Part shown: positions 40,501-50,400 of the stretch, piece after piece
How the letters are laid out: the number at the start of each line of letters is the position of its first letter
How positions within the stretch are numbered: position 1 is the stretch's first letter
NCBI GenBank assembly: GCA_040954595.2
Contig: CM082597.2
Span: forward strand, 6,597,849 to 6,661,848
Source of the DNA: Balanoglossus misakiensis
Lineage: Eukaryota > Animalia > Hemichordata
Length of the DNA stretch: 64,000 nucleotides
Direction: 5' to 3'
Notes under the pieces: generated by a model
Databases searched by the model: none
Seen by the model: only the letters and a program-made list of their open reading frames with translations
Told to the model about the DNA's origin: nothing
Program-made: the position numbers and the translations under genes

Positions 40501-41400
40501 AGTGTAGACATCAACCATGTGTTGATCAGACCTTATAAGGTCTGTTGCCATACACAGATGGTCCACACAATCGACAAATAAGCCACTTTCATGTCCCCAA
40601 GTAACATTTACATCCAGGCATTTTCGGTATGGGTTAACAAGTTTGAACTTCAACTCTGGAACAGTCTACTATGCTATTGAATGTTATCATTATGATTCAT
40701 CCTTGAAGGAAACATATGAATTTCGTCTATATGTACTTATGTATGATGCACGTAAGGGGTCATGCAATTGGCTTAATAGGATAATGAATTCGAAAGAAAT
40801 GTGCATAATATTAATCGGACACACTTGGTTTGTTTTTCTGTACTACTGATGTTAGTACTAGTGAGCGTTGCCACTAACCAGGGTAGTACTAGTATAAGTA
40901 GAATATTTAAACGAGTAACGCAAAAGCCATATCCATCGAGAAATGAAGTCAAGCTTGTGTCACTTTTACTATTTCAGAAACATTTCAACGGAGCATTCTT
41001 GCTTACTGGCGGCACACTGAACAAGATACCCGCTGAATCAAGAGGCGATTCTGAAGCAGAGATATCTGAACCAGTCGGTGAAGTGCCTGATGTGTCAGAT
41101 GGATCCAAACTTGACACACGTGGAAACGCGCAAAGAATGAAAGAAGGCGAAGAAGAGCAAACTGCACCCGTGAATGTGTCGGGTGAACATGGCACCCAAA
41201 AAAGGCAACGCGATCTCTGCACAGAATTAAAGCTGTCAGGACTCTCCGCCTTCCTGGAAGGCCAACACAAACGCGACGGCACAAATGATTCGGGCCACGT
41301 GCCTGAAATTGTCAGTCGTGACATATCAATGTTTAAGGTGTTAATCGACAGCTTGAAAGCAGAGAGTAATCATCACCCTGCATCAGTTGAAAAGCCTTGA
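16483..41400 (+). CDS. GRL101-like LDLa/LRR-containing rhodopsin-class GPCR with mosaic lectin-rich ectodomain and pseudokinase-like tail (~1920 aa, 28 exons)
   Basis: The exons join in frame: 16483-16552 (signal [17 protein letters not shown]), 16667-16858, 17723-18010, 18234-18485, 19696-19818, 20561-20839, 21909-22255, 27167-27338, 27918-28190, 28587-29009, 29155-29355, 29668-29749, 30173-30315, 30944-31066, 31391-31501, 31721-31852, 32253-32372, 32892-33032, 33441-33557, 34512-34631, 34860-34962, 36149-36217, 36605-36676, 37930-38001, 38117-38188, 38754-39763, 40295-40539, 40978-41400. Total 5775 nt with consistent phases and no stop seen. Additional small exons are possible. Confidence 0.8.
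16667..16858 (+). CDS. GPCR exon: trefoil (P-type) domain
   Basis: [36 protein letters not shown] fits the trefoil C..R..CG..C..CCW..C pattern. Confidence 0.75.
17723..18485 (+). CDS. GPCR exons (17723-18010, 18234-18485): divergent F-type lectin / galactose-binding-like domain
   Basis: YNVA...ALNDG...CFATT...CG...VFC...LVYEIEVY; the N- and C-terminal hallmarks of the fucolectin fold are present but divergent. Confidence 0.55.
18678..19447 (+). mobile_element. Helentron-associated non-autonomous element (HINE-like) with ~3.5 internal ~123-bp tandem repeats
   Basis: TTTTTAGCTCTGCTG start, complementary CAGCAGAGCT near the 3' end, then a GACCGACAGGTC hairpin; tandem units at ~18805-19260. Confidence 0.6.
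19696..19818 (+). CDS. GPCR exon: EGF-like domain
   Basis: [33 protein letters not shown]. Confidence 0.9.
19940..20500 (+). repeat. Perfect (GTTTT)n pentanucleotide array, ~560 bp
   Basis: directly visible. Confidence 0.98.
20561..20839 (+). CDS. GPCR exon: Link (hyaluronan-binding-type) module
   Basis: [29 protein letters not shown] resembles the Link consensus C..GA.LAT..QL.AAW..GL..C..GW. Confidence 0.65.
20979..21183. mobile_element. ~205-bp MITE with CACGATT(G/T)GAACTATTT TIRs
   Basis: second copy at 39908-40121; the ends are inverted repeats. Confidence 0.7.
21909..27338 (+). CDS. GPCR exons (21909-22255, 27167-27338): FA58C/discoidin domain split by a 4.9-kb LINE-rich intron
   Basis: [12 protein letters not shown]...KE|VFLVN...[10 protein letters not shown]...IELCG. 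Confidence 0.75.
22377..23010 (-). mobile_element. Decayed L2/CR1-group LINE ORF2 fragment
   Basis: YADD region near 22990; [13 protein letters not shown]; [14 protein letters not shown]...[17 protein letters not shown]; stops and frameshifts. Confidence 0.85.
25160..26940 (+). mobile_element. 5'-truncated, disrupted RTE-X-like LINE (RT + C-terminal Cys motif)
   Basis: [44 protein letters not shown]...[10 protein letters not shown]; several stops and frameshifts. Confidence 0.85.
27918..28190 (+). CDS. GPCR exon: PAN/Apple domain
   Basis: [28 protein letters not shown]...TDYY. Confidence 0.8.
28218..28396 (+). repeat. (TATG)n microsatellite with an internal (TACG)n block
   Basis: directly visible. 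Confidence 0.95.
28587..29009 (+). CDS. GPCR exon: CUB domain
   Basis: [22 protein letters not shown]...CNTDYVKI...GRYC...FISD...GFLAEY. Confidence 0.9.
29155..30315 (+). CDS. GPCR exons (29155-29355, 29668-29749, 30173-30315): C-type lectin domain
   Basis: [13 protein letters not shown]...IYIGLTD..EG.YRW...QPN...ENC...WHDILC...FIC. Confidence 0.9.
30944..34631 (+). CDS. GPCR exons: seven LDL-receptor class A repeats
   Basis: phase-1 exons with DC.D.SDE-type motifs, including the GRL101-type variant [11 protein letters not shown]. Confidence 0.88.
33889..34372. mobile_element. Hairpin-bearing non-autonomous element, Crypton-like
   Basis: 143-bp hairpin at 33889-34031 (AGCAATAACCCC...GGGGTTATTGCT), second palindrome at 34288-34316, then CCAATCAG; superfamily assignment is inference. 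Confidence 0.45.
34860..38188 (+). CDS. GPCR exons: LRRNT (34860-34962) and four 69-72-nt LRR exons
   Basis: [14 protein letters not shown]; phase-2 exons such as [25 protein letters not shown]. Confidence 0.85.
35111..35592. mobile_element. Palindromic 482-bp MITE, TAG termini, 9-bp TSD (AcademH-like)
   Basis: CACAACGTC|TAGTCTAGGTTACCCAGACGCC...GGCGTCTGGGTAACCGAGACTA|CACAACGTC. Confidence 0.8.
36850..37800 (-). mobile_element. Decayed tyrosine-recombinase (Crypton-like) relic
   Basis: Minus strand [34 protein letters not shown] plus a frameshifted TGH.LRATA near 37280-37300; boundaries approximate. Confidence 0.4.
38754..39763 (+). CDS. GPCR exon: hinge + 7TM domain (LGR/relaxin-receptor-like)
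   Basis: YALCC...SSCEDLL hinge, [12 protein letters not shown] (TM2), VCLP (ECL2), WIPII (TM6), TNPLLY (TM7). Confidence 0.92.
40295..41400 (+). CDS. GPCR terminal exons (40295-40539, 40978-41400): cytoplasmic tail with degenerate kinase C-lobe motifs
   Basis: [29 protein letters not shown]...GAFLLTGG...[12 protein letters not shown]; phases fit a GC donor at 39764. Confidence 0.6.
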
Positions 41401-41649
41401 ACAAAGTAACCAGAGTCAGAAGAGATTCGAACTACTTCTCATTTCAAAAAGACATGTTGATGTAAGAAATGATGATGTAAGAAATGTTGGCTGTGTATTT
41501 AAATACATGATAATAATGCCATAACAATTTCAATACTTAAATGTTTTACTTTAATTACATGTTAATTAAATATTGCATATAGTTTTGTGGCTAACACAGA
41601 GGTCCAAATATAACGACTTGAACGGTAACTTATGAAACATCCACTGTGC

Positions 41650-42265
41650 TGATCATCATGATTTGTATTGTATTCATCATTGTAGCATTTTTGTTTATTC
41701 TACATTCCCACTGATTTTTTTCAAAATAATATTTCATGTAGGGGCCTATGCTATAAAGCAACTGCTGTGATTATTATAGCTGTAACATCAATTGAAACAA
41801 CCAAAGTGCGTAGCTATAGTACAGATCATCATGATTTATAGTTTTTCATCATTGTAGCATTTGTGTTTATTCTATATTCTCACTGAATTATTTCAAATTA
41901 ATATTTAATGTAGGGGCCTTTTTCATGTAGGGGCCTATGCTATAAAGCAACTGCTGTGATTATTATAGCTGTAACATCAATTGAAACAACCAAAGTGCGT
42001 AGCTATAGTACAGATCATCATGATTTATAGTTTTTTATCATTGTAGCATTTGTGTTTATTCTACATTCTCACTGAATTTTTTCAAATTAATATTTCAAGT
42101 ATGCTACAAAGCAACAATTGTGATTATTACAGCCCTTACATCAATGAAAACAACCAAAGGGTGTAGCTTTAGTACTGATCATCATGATTTATAGTTTTTC
42201 ATCATTGTAGCATTTGTGTTTATTCTACATTCTCACTGATTTTTTTTTCAAATTAATATTTCACG
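41650..42265 (+). repeat. Tandem ~175-190-bp repeat (about 3.5 units) downstream of the GPCR stop
   Basis: GATCATCATGATTT...CATTGTAGCATTT...GGGGCCTATGCTATAAAGCAAC recurs at ~41651, 41824, 42013 and 42177. Confidence 0.85.
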
Positions 42266-42884
42266 TTGTAACGTCAATTATTGTTTAATAAACTAAATAT
42301 TGAACCAGTGCAGAATATGTGTGTCTGTAGCTGTATACACTTTTGCGTTGACAACATTACCAAACCTGCCGCGCTGCAAATTAGCTGAGGTTTAAACGAT
42401 AACTGCATTGATTGACAGAGTTTATTTCATCAAATTTGTGAAATACAAACAGTGACAAAAATACGGACGAGGGCAGGGTAAAGGTTCAGGATAACGTAGG
42501 GGTTAGGTCATTACGCTATGCATGCTATATTATTCAAGTACGCATGTTCACCTTCCCATCTTCTCGGCCCTCTCTTAAAAATGATTGTATGATCCATGGT
42601 AAGAAGTTGCTCGCAAAACACATTTCACAATTTCATGCATTCCTAGGCAAAAGATTGATAATATCAGCCCCCCCCCCCCCCCGCCCTCATTAGGATAACG
42701 AGATTTTTGGTAAATTGGGAAAACGGAAATAGTGCTTAGTTTGAAATGAAGTTCGTCGGAAGGAAATTTGAATGGCCGCAAAGTGCCATCCTCACAGCAG
42801 TATATACCAATTTTCCATTTGTCAGACGAAGGATTTGTAATTAGAAAATAGGCCTAAAATTTATTAATCAAGATGAAGAAACGC

Positions 42885-43255
42885 CCAATGCTGCTGGCTG
42901 GCCCGTAGGACTTCAATTCCTTCCCGTAGAAAACGTGGACATTTTGCACAGCAGATCTGCTGAACGTTCAAGATGGCGGTAGGTTTGAAGAAAAAAACTA
43001 CACTCAGAGTCGTTAAACTATGATTTTTTTTCAGCCTAAAGTATTGCTATCGAGCAATTGGTTTGCGTTCATATGATCTTTTATGATCAGGAAGCAAGAT
43101 TCTAGTAAAATTTCCTTGGGGTACGGTGAGATTCGCCGCCAGTTCGGCCGTTTCTGTGCACAACAGATCTGCTGTGCCAAAATTTCCACGTTTTCTATGG
43201 GAAGGAATTGTAGCCCTATAGGCCAGCCAACTCGGCACATAGAGGCCCGTAGGCT
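42885..43255. mobile_element. Foldback/TIR element remnant
   Basis: CAATTCCTTCCCGTAGAAAACGTGG...CAGCAGATCTG at ~42915-42960 is inverted at ~43160-43215. Confidence 0.6.
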
Positions 43256-44433
43256 ACAATTATTGCAGCTACACTCTATATATCAAAGCTTACACACATC
43301 AGAAATTTCTCATGACAAACTGACGAGATGCTCTGCTTAAGAATTCTAACCAAGATACAGAGAGAATATGAACCGTTTTCTTTACCTGTTATTGTTTATT
43401 TACCATTTCTGTGGTCCGTATTAGGATACATGTACAAATAATCGTATATTTAGTTTTTGGTGATGGTCGTGATTACTTGTGATTTCTGAGGTTTATTTCT
43501 TCTTAAAGGAAAAGTTCAGTTTAGTTTATTTACATATTTCTTACGTTTCAGTTAAGTTATTCAGGGAAAAAAATATGCACAACTGGCGCGGTTGTTGTTG
43601 TTTCTTTGCCAAATAAAACTGGTAGAAATGGCGGAAGATGGCTTCATCAATTATATGTAATTTGATTCGTGGGGAAAAAAGGGCAACACATACATATTAG
43701 TGAGTGTACGCTTTAATGTCAACCAGAATAATCAAGAGCAATACAACTCAAACACATATAAAAACTCTTTCAATTACAGAAAACTAGAACGCCACCAATT
43801 AATGACAAGTACAATTACGGGTTATTACAATCGCAAGTGACAGTACTGGTTATTACTATTAAAACAGAAATATTGATCAATGTATACACGTAATTTGATT
43901 CTGGGAGAAGGCACAATACATACAAAGTGTACAGTAAGTGTACGCTTTAATGTCAACCAGAATAATCCAGAGCAATCCATGGCAAACACATACAATTTGT
44001 AAAGTTACAGAATACTATAACTCCACCAATTAATGGCAAATACAATTACGGATTATTGTGACATTACTGGTTATTACAAACAGAAATATTGACCCATGTA
44101 TACATGTATATATCCAATACTGGCGGATTACAAAGAAATGTATAAATTACATCAAACTATATGAACAAACACAATCAATTAAAGACGAACGCAACCTAAA
44201 AAATTCTCATCCAAACGCTTCTCTTTCGGACACCTCTAGCTGAATGTGCATCTATGTTTTTCACTTAATGCATTATCAACTAAAATCTCTTTCCAAAACG
44301 GCAATATGAACACTTCTTGCTTCACAAAGTCTAAAGAAAACACGAACACATTTTGAGTGGTACATCATTAGTTTAGAACTCGTTCCATAACCTTTTTTTC
44401 GTCAATGCTGTAGACCAAACGGACGCCCCTGTG

Positions 44434-47400
44434 CTAAACGTGGCATCGTCCGTCAGATTCAACAACTCCCACCATTGCACTGAAAACAGTCAGGTGATTA
44501 CACAGACACAGGGTAGAATTGAAGTCGGATTTTGGTGACACCTGCAAAAAATCGAGCAGAAAAAAAAACACATATTGACACAGCAGTGGGCGTTTCTTTG
44601 CAAGTGGAACAAGATTAAACACCTGGTTCACGTCCCAGCGTTACTTTTAATAGATAAAGCGCCGTCACGTGAATCAGTACATTTTTAATGTTTTCCACAA
44701 GTTAACATTAATCGTAATATGCACTGATTGCTACTTGTCTTTAGTTTCATTACTTGGAACTACATGGAGCATTTCATTTTGGCCAAAATTTAGAAGAAAA
44801 TAATTGGTATACCTTACAACCATCATTCTGCCAATTATTCTCATCAAAGTAGCTACATCTGTGTTGAGTAGTGAGAACCTTGATGTCAACCCCATGAGCT
44901 GTAGAGAAAAAAAGAATAACAGAACTAACTTCGGTTTCTTCCACGTATGTCATATATAATCAAATGGAGTATCTTTTGAAGTTGTGAAACAGGAATCACA
45001 ATGGAATACTTCGAAATAAGGCCAAATTTTCTAATATTTTAAAGTCAAAATGACCGCCAATATGTGCGTAACCCAACAGAGAAAAAGTAAATTAGTGTTT
45101 TTTTATGATAACAAGTTGATAAATACAGTTTCAGAAGAACCTTAGACACAAGGCAAAATTTTGTATTAGTTTAAATTCAAAAATCACGAAAAAAATGCAA
45201 AAAGTGGCAGCTCTTTGTGCTTTAATGAAATCGCAAGATCGTGGCATAACTTACTATATACATGTTGATTGATGAATTTGACAGTGATATAAACAGCAAA
45301 ACAAAAACACGACATACCACTGGTAAGGTCAAAGGCTATGTAATACAAGCCCGTCCTGGTGATGTTTGCTTCTGATAGAAATATGGATGCTGTACACCCT
45401 GCAAATACCAAGTCAGTTGCATAATGGGAACCATTGTAGACACCGACGGCGTCAAGTCTTTCCAGTGACATGTATGCTGTAGTAGTCTCGAAGACAGGCG
45501 CTGATGCTTCCAGGATGATTTGAAATGCAGAGTAGGCCGATAGCGCCTGCAACGTAAATAATGATATATTGATGCAAGATAAATTTCACACAATGAAATT
45601 TGTGAGGTAAAAGATAACACAGTGTTTGAAATAGCACCAATGTCATTTATACTCATGTTTGAGTTTTGCGCTGTTGATCAAATGGTTATGTAAAAGACTA
45701 GATCAGAAAACATGCAATGATCAGTGAATTTCATATATTATGTAAACATTACCGTTACTGTCAATGCATAGTGAGTGACTCCTTCCCTTTCCACGTATAC
45801 TCCCCTGACGATGCTTTCATTTATAGGTGTCTGATAATTACCAAGCCATACGCCGAGATCCTTGGAAGCATTTTTCACTGAAAAGGGACATGTTTCATGA
45901 TAATTTTAAAACAATGCCAAAACTAAATTCACAAATTGGTCATTAATCGACTTCTGCCCTCCAAGATGGTATGTTTATACAAGAATGTCGCCGGGTTTCT
46001 AGTTAAAGGAATTCGCCATTTCCGGTTTAAATGGTGCGACGTTAACTGGTAAAATATTGAGAGTTCAATGCGAATGTTAGGATACCACTGATGGCTTTAA
46101 TGAAAACCAACCCTTAATCTCATTTCCATCTTCATCTCTGAATTCCAGGGTCAGTATATCGGTAGTGAAGCCATCTGTCCTATTTGCTAATCCGTGGGGG
46201 TTCCCACCGAAACGGAAAATCTAATTGTAATTAAAAAAAAAAACTTACTTTAATTATTCCTCGAGCACCAGAACGCATTATGATAACAGCAGAATTGTAC
46301 ATAAAACCAAAGATCGCCATTAGAAATGTTTATGGTCCTAAATTGTAAAAAATTACAACGGTTGCATTGACACAGATATCAGCCTAAAGTTCATCCCATA
46401 TAAACGCGACAGCTGCCCAGGACGTCACATTTACGTTAACTAGCGGCAAATGGTTATTCAAATATCCATATACAAGAATAGAGTAATGTTTTTATATAAA
46501 CAGACGTTATATTTTTCTTAATATTATTAAAGTTGTATACGGACCATTCTGTTCAAGACTGTGTCCCGCGACAATTGTGGAAACATACTGTCTGCTGGTG
46601 GAATATTGAATCCACTTCCATCTCCAATCATTATGGTGACGTTGCACAATTCCTGCGCAAAGTTCTTTTCCAAATGCAGCGCAAGAGATGATGTTTTCAC
46701 GATGAGTGGTCCATCTCCACAATGAGTCTTGTTCAGTATAAACATTGATAACTGGTCGAATACTTTCGTTGTTATCTTTGTCAGGTGATTTGCCTGCCCA
46801 GGATTCAGCTTCTCGTTCGGATTGGCGTCAAATAGGGATTGCATTCTGTCTATCACCTTTTGCATAACATTCAGTGTTTCTGAAATATGTAAACATTGGC
46901 ATTTAAAACTATCTCACTCTGTCTGACTGTCTTTCTCGACTTCTAATTCAGTGTGTCATTCATCATTGAACACGTCCAATGCTCGATGTTTCTCTAAGCT
47001 ACATATAAGATATTTGACGGTCACCAATAATTTGCATGATTTGTGGAAACAAACGAACTATAGTTGATGCATTTTCGGTAAGCTTTATAATTGTAAGGTG
47101 CTGTTTTTTCTGCGTCTGATACCAATATCGTTTTCACATCATTGGATGATATTGAATGTGATGGATACCGATGTCACAGAATCGTCTTGATTAAAACAAT
47201 AAATATCACAATACCTTTTGCAAATAGAATTCTTCCTTTAAATATAACACTTTTCGTTGAAAGGTCAGAGGTTAAAGTGTCTATCTTGTCAATTACACTA
47301 ATACCCTGGAAAAAGAATAGACAATTATTTAGTACGTGGCTTTATAGCTTTATATGGAATCATTTAGTATATAGCTTTAGTTGTCACAAAATAGTCATAT

Positions 47401-50400
47401 CCCATAAGGACCTTTAATAAACGTGTAAAGACAATTACATAGTATGTGGTTTATAGCATTATGTGAAATTATTTTAGAATGTAGCATTAGTTGTCAAAAA
47501 ATGTTCTGTCTCTTCAGTAGATTTCCCTAACTTGGGGCTTTATACAATACAGTGCATTGCGTCAGTCTCAAATGATTGGAATCTTTCTTACCACATCTGC
47601 TGTTCTGAATTCATCGTCACTTATCTTGACCAACCTCTCCCGCAGCAGAAGTAAGTCATCATCTGGATGTTGCAAATGTAAAAGACAGATGATGTGAGAG
47701 GCGCCAAAATATTATGTGTTGTATTTCTAAAATTGAGAAGGCATTCGTGACTTAAAAATAGTACATGAATATATAACATTTTCAGGGGACATCTTTGCTC
47801 CGTTGTCAACAACCTTCTTTCATGTCAGGACGGTCATAAATAATTTCAATGTCATGCATTCTTTTATATGTGTATACTAATGAAATTGGTAAAAATAATC
47901 TCATACAAAAGTCATCGCGAAATCGAACGCTCGAATCATGCAAATATTGTCCATGAAACATTTGGATATTATAATTCGACTCCCTTGTATGTACACGGCA
48001 CTAAGATGACACATGCAAAGGCAAGCAGACGAATATGGTCTTCAAACAACTTGACTATTATTTAGAGATTCACTTAGTTTTAAAGGGACAAAGTCTCTCT
48101 CTCGCTACCCTTTTTCCATCAATTATGTTTGATACAAGACACCGTTTATGTGATTCTACATGTGGATATATAGTGAATCATCGTTCGACCTCACACAACT
48201 TCCACCCCACTTGCAGACACTAGAGTGAAAAACTCGCCAAAATGTATAATGGGTGTTTATCATCTAATCATTTTTGACGAGATTTTTACTCTCATATCCT
48301 ACAAACGGGGTGAAAGTTGTGTGTGGTCGAACGTTCATTCACTATATATCAAACATATATCAAACATAATTGATGGAAAGAGGGCAGCGAGAGAGAGAGA
48401 GAGACTTTGTCCCTTTAACCCTATATAACCCAACGGAATGTTCATGTCCAAACTGAAGTTTAGGCGCTGCAATAATTTCAGTCATTGTTCCTTCTCTTCC
48501 TATACACTGCAGGACCATCATTTAACCGTCTCGTTGCGGAACAATACAACTTTTGTTTCAATTATCCATTTACCAAAAGCAACAAGAGGTGGTCCATTAC
48601 ACATACGGGCATTTCCAATGTGACTCCCTTCCAACGCGGCTAAATGTAGTTACCATGTGTATGCATTTGTCGACTTTCCATGCATCATGGCATATGTTGT
48701 ATGTATACACACCACAGAACTACACAGGTGGTCAACTATGCAGGAAAGGCTGATGTCCCAACTACTTACTTTTATCCTCGCAAACAACCCTTTGAACGTC
48801 TCCGCAGTTTTTAGTGTACCAACTGAATGTTCTCATAGAGCTACAACTGTATAACAAAGTATTGTTTAAGACTTGTACAATGATTACTGTATAGTGTCAA
48901 TAGTGATCTCTACAGAATGCGGGTTGGTCATAAGGCCAAATTTTGCGTTATTTGAATAAAATCATTAACCATGAAGCATACCCTGGCCTAGTTTTCCAAA
49001 ATCGTTCAATATAAAAACTCAATCTTGACATGGGCAGAGTTCCGATTACTTTCCTACATCCACTGTCTTTCATGTTGTAAGGCACATGTTGGAATTGTAA
49101 TGCAATCAGCGTTAGCTGTAAAGTATCATGCTAAAATTGTGCTTTGCAATTCAGACGATATGGCAGATTAAGTTGACAAAATACCAGAAATAGTGCAAAA
49201 TACTGATTGTAACCTTTAAGATAAGAAACACGTGTTGCAACAAGCATACACACATTTAACTGCCATCATTTCTCCAATGTAATCTCGCAAGTTCCAACGC
49301 CTATGACAGCTAGAGTTAAAATCATTAACGAAATGGAAAAACATGCATACGGTTCTAGCAACGCGGAAAACAGCGTGAACAAAGAGTGACTCACTCTGCG
49401 TAAATGCACGATCCGACTTCAAAAGCCTGGTTGGCCGCAAAAGGCGTGTGTTCCAATATTAAACCACTGGCTGTCTTGACATTGCCATCTGCCGCGATGA
49501 TAGCATCAATCCATGATGTTATCCATGGAACGCCGTTACAGTACTGGTCGAAATCCCATACGGTTGTGTCGGTTAGAAGACGTAATCCAGACTTTTCACA
49601 TACCTGGTATGCATCCATTGCGCTCACCCCGTAACTCGTAGTTAAGTCGAAAGAAGCTGCAAATGAGATAAACGTAATTTATTTCCCTTAAAATCCCCTA
49701 GAGCTGCCACTTTTTGCATTATTTTCATGATTTTATTTTCCAACTTAAATTAGTCAATCTAAATAAGTTTATTGATAGGTATACATGAACATCTTATCGA
49801 TGCCCGATTGTGACTGCATGTTGCACTTTTGAACACGCCTTATATTAAACAGGTGCCGCACCGATTTAATCAGACTCCATAGAAACAGTACGCAGCTATC
49901 GTGGTATGCGTCGCCAAGAGATGACAAACTGATTCAAATGCAAGTAATATGGCTTTTAGCCTAATGGAGAGGATTTTAGAGGATAGGGAATATATTTGAA
50001 GTATTTTACTGCGGAAATAATGTGAAATTTGGCAGCTATAGGGGCTTTAAAATAAATGCCTATAATGATTTGTTGTCTCTAATTAAGCGTTTATTTGTCG
50101 TCTGTATTTAAGAAAAACGGCGAAAAACACCGATAAGTATCTACATATATTTCGTAAATAAAACAAATACATGTTGTATCAATTTAAGAAGGTGATTGTT
50201 TCATATACATAAAGAGGCAAATGTTATAAAAATACATAAATTAAAAACGTGTCTTTCCACTTGAACAAACTAAGATGGGTCGATCAGTCATAAGAAAAAG
50301 TATGAACTAAGTGGCAAAGAATTAATTGAACCATAACTTACTCGTATTTTCACACAAAGCCTCCACAGTAAAGCCGTTGGAACCGTCCATGCCACATTTA

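Noticed and set aside
41650-42265. Repeat array considered as CRISPR-like
   Set aside because: Long degenerate tandem units without unique spacers, eukaryotic context, no cas genes.
38754-44434. Idea that the 7TM exon is the missing membrane half of the GAIN genes
   Set aside because: It is on the opposite strand, and the 7TM has rhodopsin/LGR motifs rather than adhesion-GPCR or polycystin ones.
45940-46046. Conserved segment after an AG in both GAIN paralogues as a possible extra exon
   Set aside because: It has a stop in the required phase, and exons 9 and 10 already join in frame (EIK-V-KN). Its conservation fits general intron homogenisation.
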